From positions 1 through 38,584 of the forward strand of contig JBHLRP010000030.1 in the NCBI GenBank assembly GCA_048882485.1: 38,584 nt of DNA, written 5' to 3'. The position numbers and the translations under genes are program-made. This stretch comes from Candidatus Thorarchaeota archaeon. Lineage in GTDB: Archaea; Asgardarchaeota; Thorarchaeia; Thorarchaeales; Thorarchaeaceae. Shown here in pieces: positions 19,068 to 27,862 of the stretch (position 1 is the stretch's first letter; each line of letters starts with the position of its first letter). The notes under the pieces were generated by a model. The model was not told the origin of the DNA and searched no databases. It saw only the letters and a list, made by a program, of their open reading frames with translations.

Positions 19068-19898
19068 CTACTTCTTGCACTTCTCCTCTACCCATTCGAG
19101 GAACTTTTTGAGAAGCTCATTGAAGCGCTCAGGATTTTGAAGCATGGGAACATGGTCAGATTTCTTCACAACTGCTATGTCAGCTCGGGGTAGAGATTCC
19201 TTAAACTGCTTCGCCATCTGGGGAGTGACTATGTCGTCGTGCTCCCCAACAATGACGAAGACTGGTATGTCAATATCAGCCACGCGGTCAGCCACATTGA
19301 ACTTGTCTGCTGCAGCGAGGTCCCGACTGATTATTCGAGGATTCCGTCTCTTGATGTCCTCCTCTTCGCGGATGATATCGTAGGGACCGTCCTTTCCTCG
19401 TTCCTTTCTTCCTCTGAACAAGTAGAGCTGGGTCTCAATTGTCTCTATAGCAAGGCCAGTGGCAAGCCTGGATAGCTCTAGTGTGGGATGCGTGTCAACG
19501 AGTGTGATGGCAAGAGGCTTCCGATACTCGGCATTGAGGACATAAGACATCACAACGCCGCCTCCCATAGAATGCCCCACAAGCACGAAGTCCCGGAGGT
19601 CTAGGTGTTCTACAAGAGTAGCCAACTCAGCGGCGAATCCTTCAATGCTGGCTTCATCTGGACCGGCTTCTGACTCTCCATGTCCAGAGAGATCAATGGC
19701 GAGCACGCGATGAGTGAATTCGAAGGCCTCAGTCTGCATATGCCATGTCCTGCGGGATGAACCTGCACCGTGAACGAAAACAACAGGCAGACCTCTTGTT
19801 TTATCCTCGCGCTTATCAGACTCCTGATAATAGAGGTGCATGTCTTGATGATGAAAGACTGGCAAAACAGATGAACCTCCAAAGTCTAGTGTACTCAC
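19068..19898 (-). CDS. Alpha/beta fold hydrolase
   Basis: VFVHGAG, IDLSGHGES, nucleophile elbow GHSMGG, GEHDDIV acid, DH catalytic His; start uncertain. Confidence 0.9.
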   Translation of the reverse strand: MSTLDFGGSSVLPVFHHQDMHLYYQESDKREDKTRGLPVVFVHGAGSSRRTWHMQTEAFEFTHRVLAIDLSGHGESEAGPDEASIEGFAAELATLVEHLDLRDFVLVGHSMGGGVVMSYVLNAEYRKPLAITLVDTHPTLELSRLATGLAIETIETQLYLFRGRKERGKDGPYDIIREEEDIKRRNPRIISRDLAAADKFNVADRVADIDIPVFVIVGEHDDIVTPQMAKQFKESLPRADIAVVKKSDHVPMLQNPERFNELLKKFLEWVEEKCKK

Positions 19899-19989
19899 CA
19901 GTTAAAAATCATATAGAGGTATTTTGTACACTGCACGTCCAGTAGGTACCTTTTTCTCCAGTAACGATAGCATTCACTCTGTGTGAAGG

Positions 19990-21366
19990 ATGACTGGCAA
20001 TCTCTTCGGTACTACAGGTATTCGAAAGGTCTACGGTACTGAATTTGATCTCTCGATGGCACTAAAACTAGGAAAATCTCTTGGAACATATCTTGGGGAA
20101 GGAACTGTGGTAATGGCAAGAGATGCTCGCACAACTGGACCCATGATAGAGGATGCTCTTACAGCAGGCATTTTGTCTACAGGTGTCAATGTTGTACAGG
20201 CAGGCATGATACCGACACCTACTCTCGCATTTATCACAAGACAGCATGGCTACGATGCAGGACTTATGGTGACTGCATCCCATAATCCTCCTGAATATAC
20301 TGGTGTGAAGTTCTGGAGTCCAGATAGTATGGGCTACACTCCAGAGATGGAGAGAGAGATTGAGCGAATCTATACTGAGGAGGAGTTTCAAGTCGCCAAA
20401 TGGAATGGCTTGGGTGAAGAACTAACCATAGATATTGCTGTGGATGAACACGTTGAAGCTATTCTTGACCAGGTCGATTCTAAAAAGATAGAATCCAAAG
20501 AATACAACATCATCGTTGACCCCGGCAATGGTTCCGGCTCAGTGTTGACTCCATACTTGATGAGAAGGCTCGCCTGCAAGGTCATCTCAATAAATAGCCA
20601 ACCAGATGGTCATTTTCTTGGAAGAGTTTCTGAGCCTGACAAGGAGTCGCTCACAGATCTCATCAAAATCGTCAAGGATACTGGTGCAAATCTTGGTATT
20701 GCCCATGATGGCGATGCGGACAGGGTCGTCTTTGTTACAGAAAAGGGAGAGGTGATTAGGGGAGATCGAACCATTGCCCTTCTATCGCGAGAAGAAATCA
20801 AACGTTCCAAGGACAAGCCCATTGTTACAACTGTGGACAGCTCAAGAGTCGTTGACGAAATCGTCGAGAAGTCCGGTGGGAAGATAATTAGAACTCCTGT
20901 AGGCGATATTCAAGTGGCTCTAAAGATGAGAGAGACTGGAGCAGCATTTGGTGGAGAAGCGGCGGGTGTGTTCATCTTTTCAGAGTTCCACAATGCTCCA
21001 GAACCATTTCTGACTGCTTGCAGGATTCTTGAATTGATGGCAACTGCTGGGAAATCCTTTGGAGAACTAATCTCTGAAATCCCAGTCTATCCACTACGAA
21101 AGGCCAAAGTGAAGTGTGAGAATGAGAAGAAGAACGCTGCTATGTCAGCCCTCGTTAAATCACTTCCAGAGGCGATGGAAGATACGGCGGAAGTCATTAC
21201 AGTGGATGGAATCGGCATCTCGCTCAAAGCAGGATGGGTTCTTGTTCGTCCATCCGGAACTGAACCAGTCATTAGAATTACGTGTGAGGCTCCTTCTGAT
21301 AAGCAGGTGGAGAAGATTCTTGCAGATGCCAAGGCAGAAGTGGAAAGAGCCATAGGCAATTTGTGA
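19990..21366 (+). CDS. glmM: Phosphohexomutase (phosphoglucosamine mutase / PMM-PGM)
   Basis: LFGTTGIR, TASHNP phosphoserine loop, DGDADR metal loop, GGE, VRPSGTEPVIR. Substrate specificity (GlmM versus PMM) is inferred only from context. Confidence 0.85.
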   Translation: MTGNLFGTTGIRKVYGTEFDLSMALKLGKSLGTYLGEGTVVMARDARTTGPMIEDALTAGILSTGVNVVQAGMIPTPTLAFITRQHGYDAGLMVTASHNPPEYTGVKFWSPDSMGYTPEMEREIERIYTEEEFQVAKWNGLGEELTIDIAVDEHVEAILDQVDSKKIESKEYNIIVDPGNGSGSVLTPYLMRRLACKVISINSQPDGHFLGRVSEPDKESLTDLIKIVKDTGANLGIAHDGDADRVVFVTEKGEVIRGDRTIALLSREEIKRSKDKPIVTTVDSSRVVDEIVEKSGGKIIRTPVGDIQVALKMRETGAAFGGEAAGVFIFSEFHNAPEPFLTACRILELMATAGKSFGELISEIPVYPLRKAKVKCENEKKNAAMSALVKSLPEAMEDTAEVITVDGIGISLKAGWVLVRPSGTEPVIRITCEAPSDKQVEKILADAKAEVERAIGNL

Positions 21367-21435
21367 CAGTCAGCTGCACGCGGAATATGTTTATAGACAA
21401 AACTCCCACTTTCAGGCGCTAACGGGGTCAATGAA

Positions 21436-21834
21436 ATGAGCAAAGATGGCGAAGACTTCATTTTGGATGAGTTTGAATGGGCTTTGAAAGACCCAACAGA
21501 AGAGAAATTACGTGCTCTCGGAGAGGTCGTCAGTATAATCACAACCAAACTCACAGAAGCTGTCAGCAAAGTCATGGAGGATGTCTACGAACTCCAGACT
21601 CAGCTATCTAAGCTTGAGTCTTCGTTTGATGCCAAAATCAGCGCACTGCAAAGATCCGGTGTCGCTGCAGCCGGTCCTTCACCAGCAGCGGCAGAGGCAG
21701 GCGGTGAACCTATAGCTTCGGCCCCCATCGCTAAAGCTCCACCTCCAAGGGCGCCTTCTGGACCTGGAGGAATGATGGGCGAACTCAAAGCGTTGCTTGC
21801 TGCTAGAAGACGAAAGGCAGATGGAAGTGGATAA
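21436..21834 (+). CDS. Hypothetical coiled-coil / Ala-Pro-rich protein with a C-terminal WH2/VASP-FAB-like motif
   Basis: Heptad region (LTEAVSKVMEDVYELQTQLSKLESSFDAKISAL), linker APIAKAPPPRAP, tail GGMMGELKALLAARRRKA; TTTATA box upstream near 21390. Confidence 0.75.
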   Translation: MSKDGEDFILDEFEWALKDPTEEKLRALGEVVSIITTKLTEAVSKVMEDVYELQTQLSKLESSFDAKISALQRSGVAAAGPSPAAAEAGGEPIASAPIAKAPPPRAPSGPGGMMGELKALLAARRRKADGSG

Positions 21835-21850
21835 AAACACTCTTGATGCC

Positions 21851-22519
21851 TCAGACTAGCCTATCAACTGCGTTTTTCGGGTAGAATGGACCTGCATGGG
21901 TGGGTAGAGTGATTGCAAATGCTTCTGCTCTATCGCATGCAGCTTGAACTCCTCGTAAACGTGTTCTTGCGTCATACAACTTCAAGTAGTACTGATCAGA
22001 CTTGGGAGTCTGTGACTTGTGTTCTTTCAAAGCTTGAAGAGCCAGGTCATAGGTGCTCCCAATATCGACATGGACATTGGGCATTGAAAGGAGATTATTG
22101 ACCTCCATATGATAGATTCGTTCAACTCGATGTGCATTGTCAAAGATTGTCGCATGAGAAGCCCATTCCGCAGAGTGTGCGACTATCTTTGCACACTCAA
22201 GATGGTTCTTGTTGTAGTCCTCTAAAGAGTGCGTAATCACAATAGCTGGACGCGACTTCAAAATGGCACCAATCACTTCGTTTGTCAAGGAGGAATCGAT
22301 TGCAAAGTCATCTCTCTCACTGAGATACAGATGTCGAACTCCCAACACCTCACACGCTGCTTTAATCTCGGCGTTCCGAGTGTCATTACCCGTCATGCAG
22401 TGAACATCTACAGGAATCCCTTGCTCCACATGCTTCCTGATTGTCCCTCCAGCTCCTAGGGATTCATCATCTGGATGTGCAACAACCACAAGGATGGAGT
22501 TCTTTGATGGGCTGCTCAT
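21851..22519 (-). CDS. bshB: PIG-L/LmbE family deacetylase, BshB-like
   Basis: VVAHPDDESLGAGGTI, R..E...A...LGV, K.HKSQ, AEAF; divergent from bshA. Confidence 0.75.
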   Translation of the reverse strand: MSSPSKNSILVVVAHPDDESLGAGGTIRKHVEQGIPVDVHCMTGNDTRNAEIKAACEVLGVRHLYLSERDDFAIDSSLTNEVIGAILKSRPAIVITHSLEDYNKNHLECAKIVAHSAEWASHATIFDNAHRVERIYHMEVNNLLSMPNVHVDIGSTYDLALQALKEHKSQTPKSDQYYLKLYDARTRLRGVQAACDRAEAFAITLPTHAGPFYPKNAVDRLV

Positions 22520-22659
22520 AAGGCGGGCTAAGATTGCGGCTGCTAATCAAGCTTTGGCACATCACAAGCCATTAATGCGAGATGCGTGAAAAATCGAATG
22601 GATGTCCAAACCATTCCCCTTAAAGGGGCCCTCTATAGTGTTCTCAAAAGGTGTAGCGG

Positions 22660-23823
22660 TTGAGGATTGGAGTTAATCTATTTCCCTCAGTGGGCGGTTC
22701 AGGATACCTTGCCACAAGACTTGGTCAGAAGCTGGCTGGTAGAAAGCATATCATTCACTTCATAACTTACCAGCGGCCCTTCTCTCTGATGTGGGAGCAA
22801 ACAAGCGGGGTCTATGTCGATCTCGTCGACCGATTTGATTATCCTCTGTTTAAGAACATTGGACCGCCATATGGCATGGCACTCACATCCAAGATTATCA
22901 AGACAGTGAAAGACGCAAAGCTAGACCTGATACATTCGCATTATGCAATCCCACATGCGATGTCAGCATACATGGCGCGCGAGATAGTTGGTGTCCCATA
23001 TGTTGTGACACTTCATGGTTCCGATGTGCATACACTAGGGCAAGACCCTGCATATCAGCCAGTTGTCAAACACACAATTGAGAAGGCAGATGCAGTCACA
23101 GCGGTCTCTGAATTTCTGAAGAAGAGGGCTCACGAGGGGCTTGGTATCGAGCGCGAAATCAATGTGATACCGAATTTCATCGACGTTGAACAGTTCAAAC
23201 ATCTCAACGGAACTAGACTTATGGTTGAGAGTGGGTGTGTATCAGTCCGAAAGGTGGAAGAAGCAAAAGAGTTAGATCCGGAAGCCAAAATCCTCCTACA
23301 TGCCTCCAATTTCCGCAGGGTCAAGCGAGTGGTTGAACTGATAGAGATAATGAGAATCGTTGCAGACCACTACCCCAAGGTGCGCCTTATCATTGCAGGA
23401 GATGGACCTACTCGAATCGAAGTAGAGAGGAAGATCGAAGCTCTTGACCTCTGTGACAATGTGCATTTACTTGGTGTGAAGAGTAACATGCAGGAAATCA
23501 TGTGCTCTGCTGACGTTTTTCTCCTAAACTCTACCCTTGAAGGGATGCCACTAGTCCTGCTTGAAGCGATGGCATGCAGTCTTCCAGTAGTCACTACACC
23601 GGCCGGGGGAATTCCAGAACTCGTGCGTCCAAATAAGGATGGGATAGTCACTGAAGGATTTGGGATTGATGAGTACGCCCAAGCAATAATCGAAATACTA
23701 GACGACGATTCCCTCCGAACCAGAATAGGCAAAGCTGGACGAAAGCGGGTGGAAGAAAGCTTCTCCGCTGAGGAGATCGTGACAGAGTATGAGAAGGTGT
23801 TTCAAAAAGCAGCGGGCAAATGA
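22660..23823 (+). CDS. bshA: N-acetyl-alpha-D-glucosaminyl L-malate synthase (GT4)
   Basis: FPSVGGSG..AT.LG..LA...H.IHFITY, HSHYAIPHA, TLHGSD, VTAVS, HASNFRRVKRV and LLEAMAC match the BshA subfamily signatures. Confidence 0.9.
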   Translation: MRIGVNLFPSVGGSGYLATRLGQKLAGRKHIIHFITYQRPFSLMWEQTSGVYVDLVDRFDYPLFKNIGPPYGMALTSKIIKTVKDAKLDLIHSHYAIPHAMSAYMAREIVGVPYVVTLHGSDVHTLGQDPAYQPVVKHTIEKADAVTAVSEFLKKRAHEGLGIEREINVIPNFIDVEQFKHLNGTRLMVESGCVSVRKVEEAKELDPEAKILLHASNFRRVKRVVELIEIMRIVADHYPKVRLIIAGDGPTRIEVERKIEALDLCDNVHLLGVKSNMQEIMCSADVFLLNSTLEGMPLVLLEAMACSLPVVTTPAGGIPELVRPNKDGIVTEGFGIDEYAQAIIEILDDDSLRTRIGKAGRKRVEESFSAEEIVTEYEKVFQKAAGK

Positions 23824-23835
23824 GGGGGCAATTGA

Positions 23836-25545
23836 GTGAAAGCAAGCATCATGGAGGTCTATCAGCAGTTCATCTGGAAAGACGAACTAAATGATCTTGC
23901 TACGCATCTCTATGACTCCCCTGTGATTACGATGGGCGCAATAGCGACGAAGGCACCTTCACTTTTACAGAGATATTCGAATACTGATTGGCACACAGAA
24001 GAAAGGCTAGAACGGACCGCAAAGGCGTTGAGGGAAGCCAACAGAAGACTAGGCATTCTAACACCCAAAGTGAAGGAGGCGATAGAACATCTTCGGGAGG
24101 GTGCGATAGAGGCAGCTCATCAGAGTGTTGCCATGGGAGGGCCTTGCTATATTCTAAACAAAGCGGCCACAGCCAGAAGCATTGCTACATTTGGTAGTAG
24201 TGACGATCTACAGCTCACACCCTATTTCTTCATTGCAGATTATGATGTTGTACAATCCGAGTTGACAAACATCCGAACTCCAAATGCAGGTCAAGGTGGA
24301 AATCTTGTCAGCATTCCTATACCACCTGGATACGAGTATTCTCCAGTCAGCATGATTCCTCTTCCAGGAAGACAATGGTACGAGCAAGCAGAAGAGAGCA
24401 TCCGTCACAATTATCGTCCGTTGTTCAAATCTGTTGATGGCCATGCCAGAACATTGGTAGAAGAAAGGCTCGAACAAGCATTGAGCCTAATACGTTGGGC
24501 ATATCACAACTCAAATACCCTTGACGAATGGAGTCAGAGAATTATTGGGCGGCTCCTAAACCTGGAAGGAGATCTTGGAATTCCCCTTGTACGTGCCACT
24601 GATGATAAGATTAGAAACTTAATGACGCATGGTCTAGAGATTCTCTTAGCCAAAGAGAATAGAGAGAGATTCTTGGCTGCACATGCACATGCAACCTCAA
24701 TGATACAAGATCAGGGATTCAAGCCAGGCATAGGTATGAGAGACCCCACCTTTGTTCCGTTCTTCTTCGAGTGCAAAGGGAAAGACTGCAATCGAGCACG
24801 AATCGAACTCTCCTACTCTCTGACTGGATTCAAAGCACTGTTGACAGGAAAATGTCCAATTTGCGGCGATGTTGTCGAAATCGAGATCAATGCAGAGTCA
24901 CCCGACCTGTCACAAGTAGCAGATTCACTATCTTTGAGAGTTGACTCCAGACAGGTTGCTGTTGATACTCTCCTTCCAGTTGTTGCTCACGTTGGGGGCC
25001 CTGGTGAAACCGCCTATTATGCGCAGGTCATTCCAGCTGCAAATGCACTCGGCATTCCATTTCCTCTTTTTGTAAGATATCCGCGAATCTACTTCAATAC
25101 GCCTTGGAATGAGAGTCTCGCAGAAGCATTGAGAGAAAAGGGATTCCCAGTGATTCATCGTCCTGAGATGTTTAAGACTCTAGGAAAAGTGGGGAGGTTC
25201 AGAAAGAAGAAGCGATTTGATGAGATGAACCAGGCTCTCGCTGAATTCGGGGAATCTCTTTTCAAGCTCCATTCAGAACTCAATCACCGTCATTCTGAGC
25301 TGGAAGCACAGAAAAGCAGCGGCAAAGCAGATGAGAGTCTTTTAATGACTAAGATTGATGTGGAAAAGTATCTTAGCTGGGCATTCGGGCAATTCACACA
25401 GGAAAAGGTTAGCCAAGAATCAACTTGGTCATGGATAGAATGGACGTTGAACGCGGGGTTTGTAGACTTATTTGGTCCCTACTTCAGAGCCCATTCTGAT
25501 GAGATGAAAAATGGGGCAACCTACTTCGTCAACTTCATCCTCTAG
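23836..25545 (+). CDS. bshC: Bacillithiol cysteine-adding enzyme BshC-like, divergent
   Basis: AHQSVAMGGPCYILNK (cf. GQQ..L.GP.Y...K), LLPVVAHVGGPGETAYYAQ, YPR, coiled-coil segment, late QE; 12 bp after bshA. Confidence 0.82.
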   Translation: MKASIMEVYQQFIWKDELNDLATHLYDSPVITMGAIATKAPSLLQRYSNTDWHTEERLERTAKALREANRRLGILTPKVKEAIEHLREGAIEAAHQSVAMGGPCYILNKAATARSIATFGSSDDLQLTPYFFIADYDVVQSELTNIRTPNAGQGGNLVSIPIPPGYEYSPVSMIPLPGRQWYEQAEESIRHNYRPLFKSVDGHARTLVEERLEQALSLIRWAYHNSNTLDEWSQRIIGRLLNLEGDLGIPLVRATDDKIRNLMTHGLEILLAKENRERFLAAHAHATSMIQDQGFKPGIGMRDPTFVPFFFECKGKDCNRARIELSYSLTGFKALLTGKCPICGDVVEIEINAESPDLSQVADSLSLRVDSRQVAVDTLLPVVAHVGGPGETAYYAQVIPAANALGIPFPLFVRYPRIYFNTPWNESLAEALREKGFPVIHRPEMFKTLGKVGRFRKKKRFDEMNQALAEFGESLFKLHSELNHRHSELEAQKSSGKADESLLMTKIDVEKYLSWAFGQFTQEKVSQESTWSWIEWTLNAGFVDLFGPYFRAHSDEMKNGATYFVNFIL

Positions 25546-26810
25546 ATATTCTCGGATAGAAGTCCACCTAGTTTCTCAATTCCCTCAGCAATCTTAGTCC
25601 TTGTTGCATATGAGAAGCCAAGACGCATAGTATTGACCTCAGGCCTACTTGGTTCTATGTCATTTCCATTGTCGACTAGCTTAAAGCCAGTGATTGGATA
25701 AAATGCTTCTCCGGGCACATAGATGATATCGTTGGGAATGCCATATGCCTCCAAGAACTGACTGCTATCAAATGGTTTCTCGCTTTGCCACCATATGAAG
25801 AATCCACCCGTTGGATCAGTCCTCTCACCTGCAGGGAATGAAGAATCAATAGCCTTGGCCATGGCTTCTGCGCGTTTCTTGTAACGTGGAATGCTCTGCC
25901 GCATCGCTTCGTCGATATGCTTTGTGTAATAAATATCCAGAATTCGCTGGACCAAGGTTGAGGTGCAAAGATCAAGATACCCCTTGTCCTTCAGGACCTG
26001 CTCTCTCACATTGGGAGGTAGAATAGAATATCCGACCCTAAGCACTGCGGCCTCCTTGCTAGTTGTTCCCAAATATGCGACGCGCTCATTCTCCTTGTCA
26101 AGTGTTTTAATAGCAGGAGGAGCTTTATTGAATTGTATCTCAGCATAGGCTGAATCTTCGATAATGAGAATATTCTCATTCTCGCACAAATCAAAAAGAG
26201 CCTGGCGTCGCTTCATGGGCAAAGTTGTGCCCTTGGGATTATCACTATCAGGCACAACATACACCATATCGGGGAGCTTTCCGAACTTCTCTTGGGAGAG
26301 TTGAATTCCTTTCTCTACATACTCTGGAATGATTCCATCAAGATCCGTGGGAACTGCAAGAACTCGTGCCCCAAGTTTCACTGCGGGGACTAGAAAGCCA
26401 AGATAGGAGGGGGAGGGCACGATGATGACATCGCCAGGATTGACAATAGTATCAAGCAAAGCGTAGAGTGCCTGTTGGGATCCATTCGTTATAGAAACGT
26501 TACTCCATTCATCTATAGGGTCAATTGGTATTTTCCTCTTGTCATGAAGTCGCTTTGCCAAGGTCTTCAAGAACCAGGGCTCGCCACCAGTAGGCCCATA
26601 GTTCAGGTCATCAAGAGCTTGCTTGGAGTCCTTTTGATAGGTCTCTCCCAGCTCCTCCATAATCCTCCCAAAGATTTCTGTGGGCATTATTCCCGGCTTG
26701 CCACCAGCAAAATAATACTCAACCTTGTACTTTAGTAGTGCACGAATCTGAGACTCCTCAATAAGAGTGGTCCAAGTTGCAAAATGGTACCCAGAATTAT
26801 TCCTCGCCAT
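25542..26810 (-). CDS. PLP-dependent class I aminotransferase (2-aminoadipate/aromatic type); start probably ATG 26810
   Basis: FAGGKP, YGPTGG, ITNGSQQAL, NPKG, IIEDSAY, GTTSK...LRVGY, GGFFIW, MRLGFS. Confidence 0.92.
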   Translation of the reverse strand: MARNNSGYHFATWTTLIEESQIRALLKYKVEYYFAGGKPGIMPTEIFGRIMEELGETYQKDSKQALDDLNYGPTGGEPWFLKTLAKRLHDKRKIPIDPIDEWSNVSITNGSQQALYALLDTIVNPGDVIIVPSPSYLGFLVPAVKLGARVLAVPTDLDGIIPEYVEKGIQLSQEKFGKLPDMVYVVPDSDNPKGTTLPMKRRQALFDLCENENILIIEDSAYAEIQFNKAPPAIKTLDKENERVAYLGTTSKEAAVLRVGYSILPPNVREQVLKDKGYLDLCTSTLVQRILDIYYTKHIDEAMRQSIPRYKKRAEAMAKAIDSSFPAGERTDPTGGFFIWWQSEKPFDSSQFLEAYGIPNDIIYVPGEAFYPITGFKLVDNGNDIEPSRPEVNTMRLGFSYATRTKIAEGIEKLGGLLSENI

Positions 26811-26991
26811 CTGTCTTCCGTCCCGCGATGTGTTTTGCATTGTAGCCTTCCAACGGATTCGGGATGTTAAGATGGTATGTACAAGAGTGTACATGTCCGA
26901 CTGTATCAAGTAGTGACTCGCCTTTATCTGTTTCTAAGGATGAATTCTGTTGAGGGTTCCAATCAGCTCTCTGATGTACAAATGTGTTCGG

Positions 26992-27783
26992 TCATTTTGT
27001 TTCGGCAGCAATGACTGCAGCCGCTGCGCCAGGATCCTCAGCATTGACAATCGACCTAGCAACAATTACGTAGGACGCTCCCGCATCAATTGCCTCTCTG
27101 GCTTTGCCTCCTTGGCTTCCTATACCAGGGCTGATGATTGGAATCTCTGTGCCAAGGATCTTGTAAACCTCCTGAATTCGCTTCGGATAAGTCGCTCCAA
27201 CTATGACTCCATCCGCACCCCACTTCTGGGCTCTTTGTGCAAATGATGTCCAGATAGGTGTTCTTGTCTTCTTGTCAAAAGCAATTTCAAGGCCATACCC
27301 TTCATCAGCTGCAGGATGCGACATGTAGCAGAGCGTGATTATACCCCGCTGCCTCTTTCGTGCAAGATCGAATACAGAGTCTAGACCACCCTCCCAGCCA
27401 ACAAACGGATTTGTGATTAAGGCATCAAATCCGGCATCGAAGTAGTACCTTGCAATGTGTGCATTGGTATTTCCTATGTCGTTAATCTTGCAGTCCATTA
27501 TGGCTGTTAGTCCCTGGTCATGTATGGTATCAATGAGGATAGGAATCCTATCGAATACCCCTAAAGGTAGAACGAGTTGTCTGTTGAATTTGAAAGCCAC
27601 TGCATATTCTGATGTGCCAGCAATGACCTTCAGAGCTTCTTGCTCAATGCGATCTATCTCAGCCTTTCGCTCCTTCTTGCTCTTCCCTCCCATATCAGCA
27701 ACGAGATCCAGACCTACAATCAGTCTACTCTTCCTGACAAATGCTGCAGCCTGCAATTTCCGTGCGTACAACTGGTCTACCAT
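26992..27783 (-). CDS. pyrF: Orotidine-5'-phosphate decarboxylase (start probably ATG 27783)
   Basis: LIVGLD, DCKINDIGNT (DxKxxDIxxT), MSHP, VGAT, SPGIGSQGG, IVARSI. Confidence 0.95.
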   Translation of the reverse strand: MVDQLYARKLQAAAFVRKSRLIVGLDLVADMGGKSKKERKAEIDRIEQEALKVIAGTSEYAVAFKFNRQLVLPLGVFDRIPILIDTIHDQGLTAIMDCKINDIGNTNAHIARYYFDAGFDALITNPFVGWEGGLDSVFDLARKRQRGIITLCYMSHPAADEGYGLEIAFDKKTRTPIWTSFAQRAQKWGADGVIVGATYPKRIQEVYKILGTEIPIISPGIGSQGGKAREAIDAGASYVIVARSIVNAEDPGAAAAVIAAETK

Positions 27784-27862
27784 TACACTCTTTCCTCGAC
27801 GAAAGTGTACGCTATGCATACTTATATGAAATGCGGGTTTTCAAGAGCTTGGAGAGGCGAAG

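Noticed and set aside
5280-26810. A single methionine/SAM salvage cluster (RLP, DUF62, aminotransferase)
   Set aside because: The genes are 8-20 kb apart on different strands, with no mtnA/mtnB/mtnP in the window.
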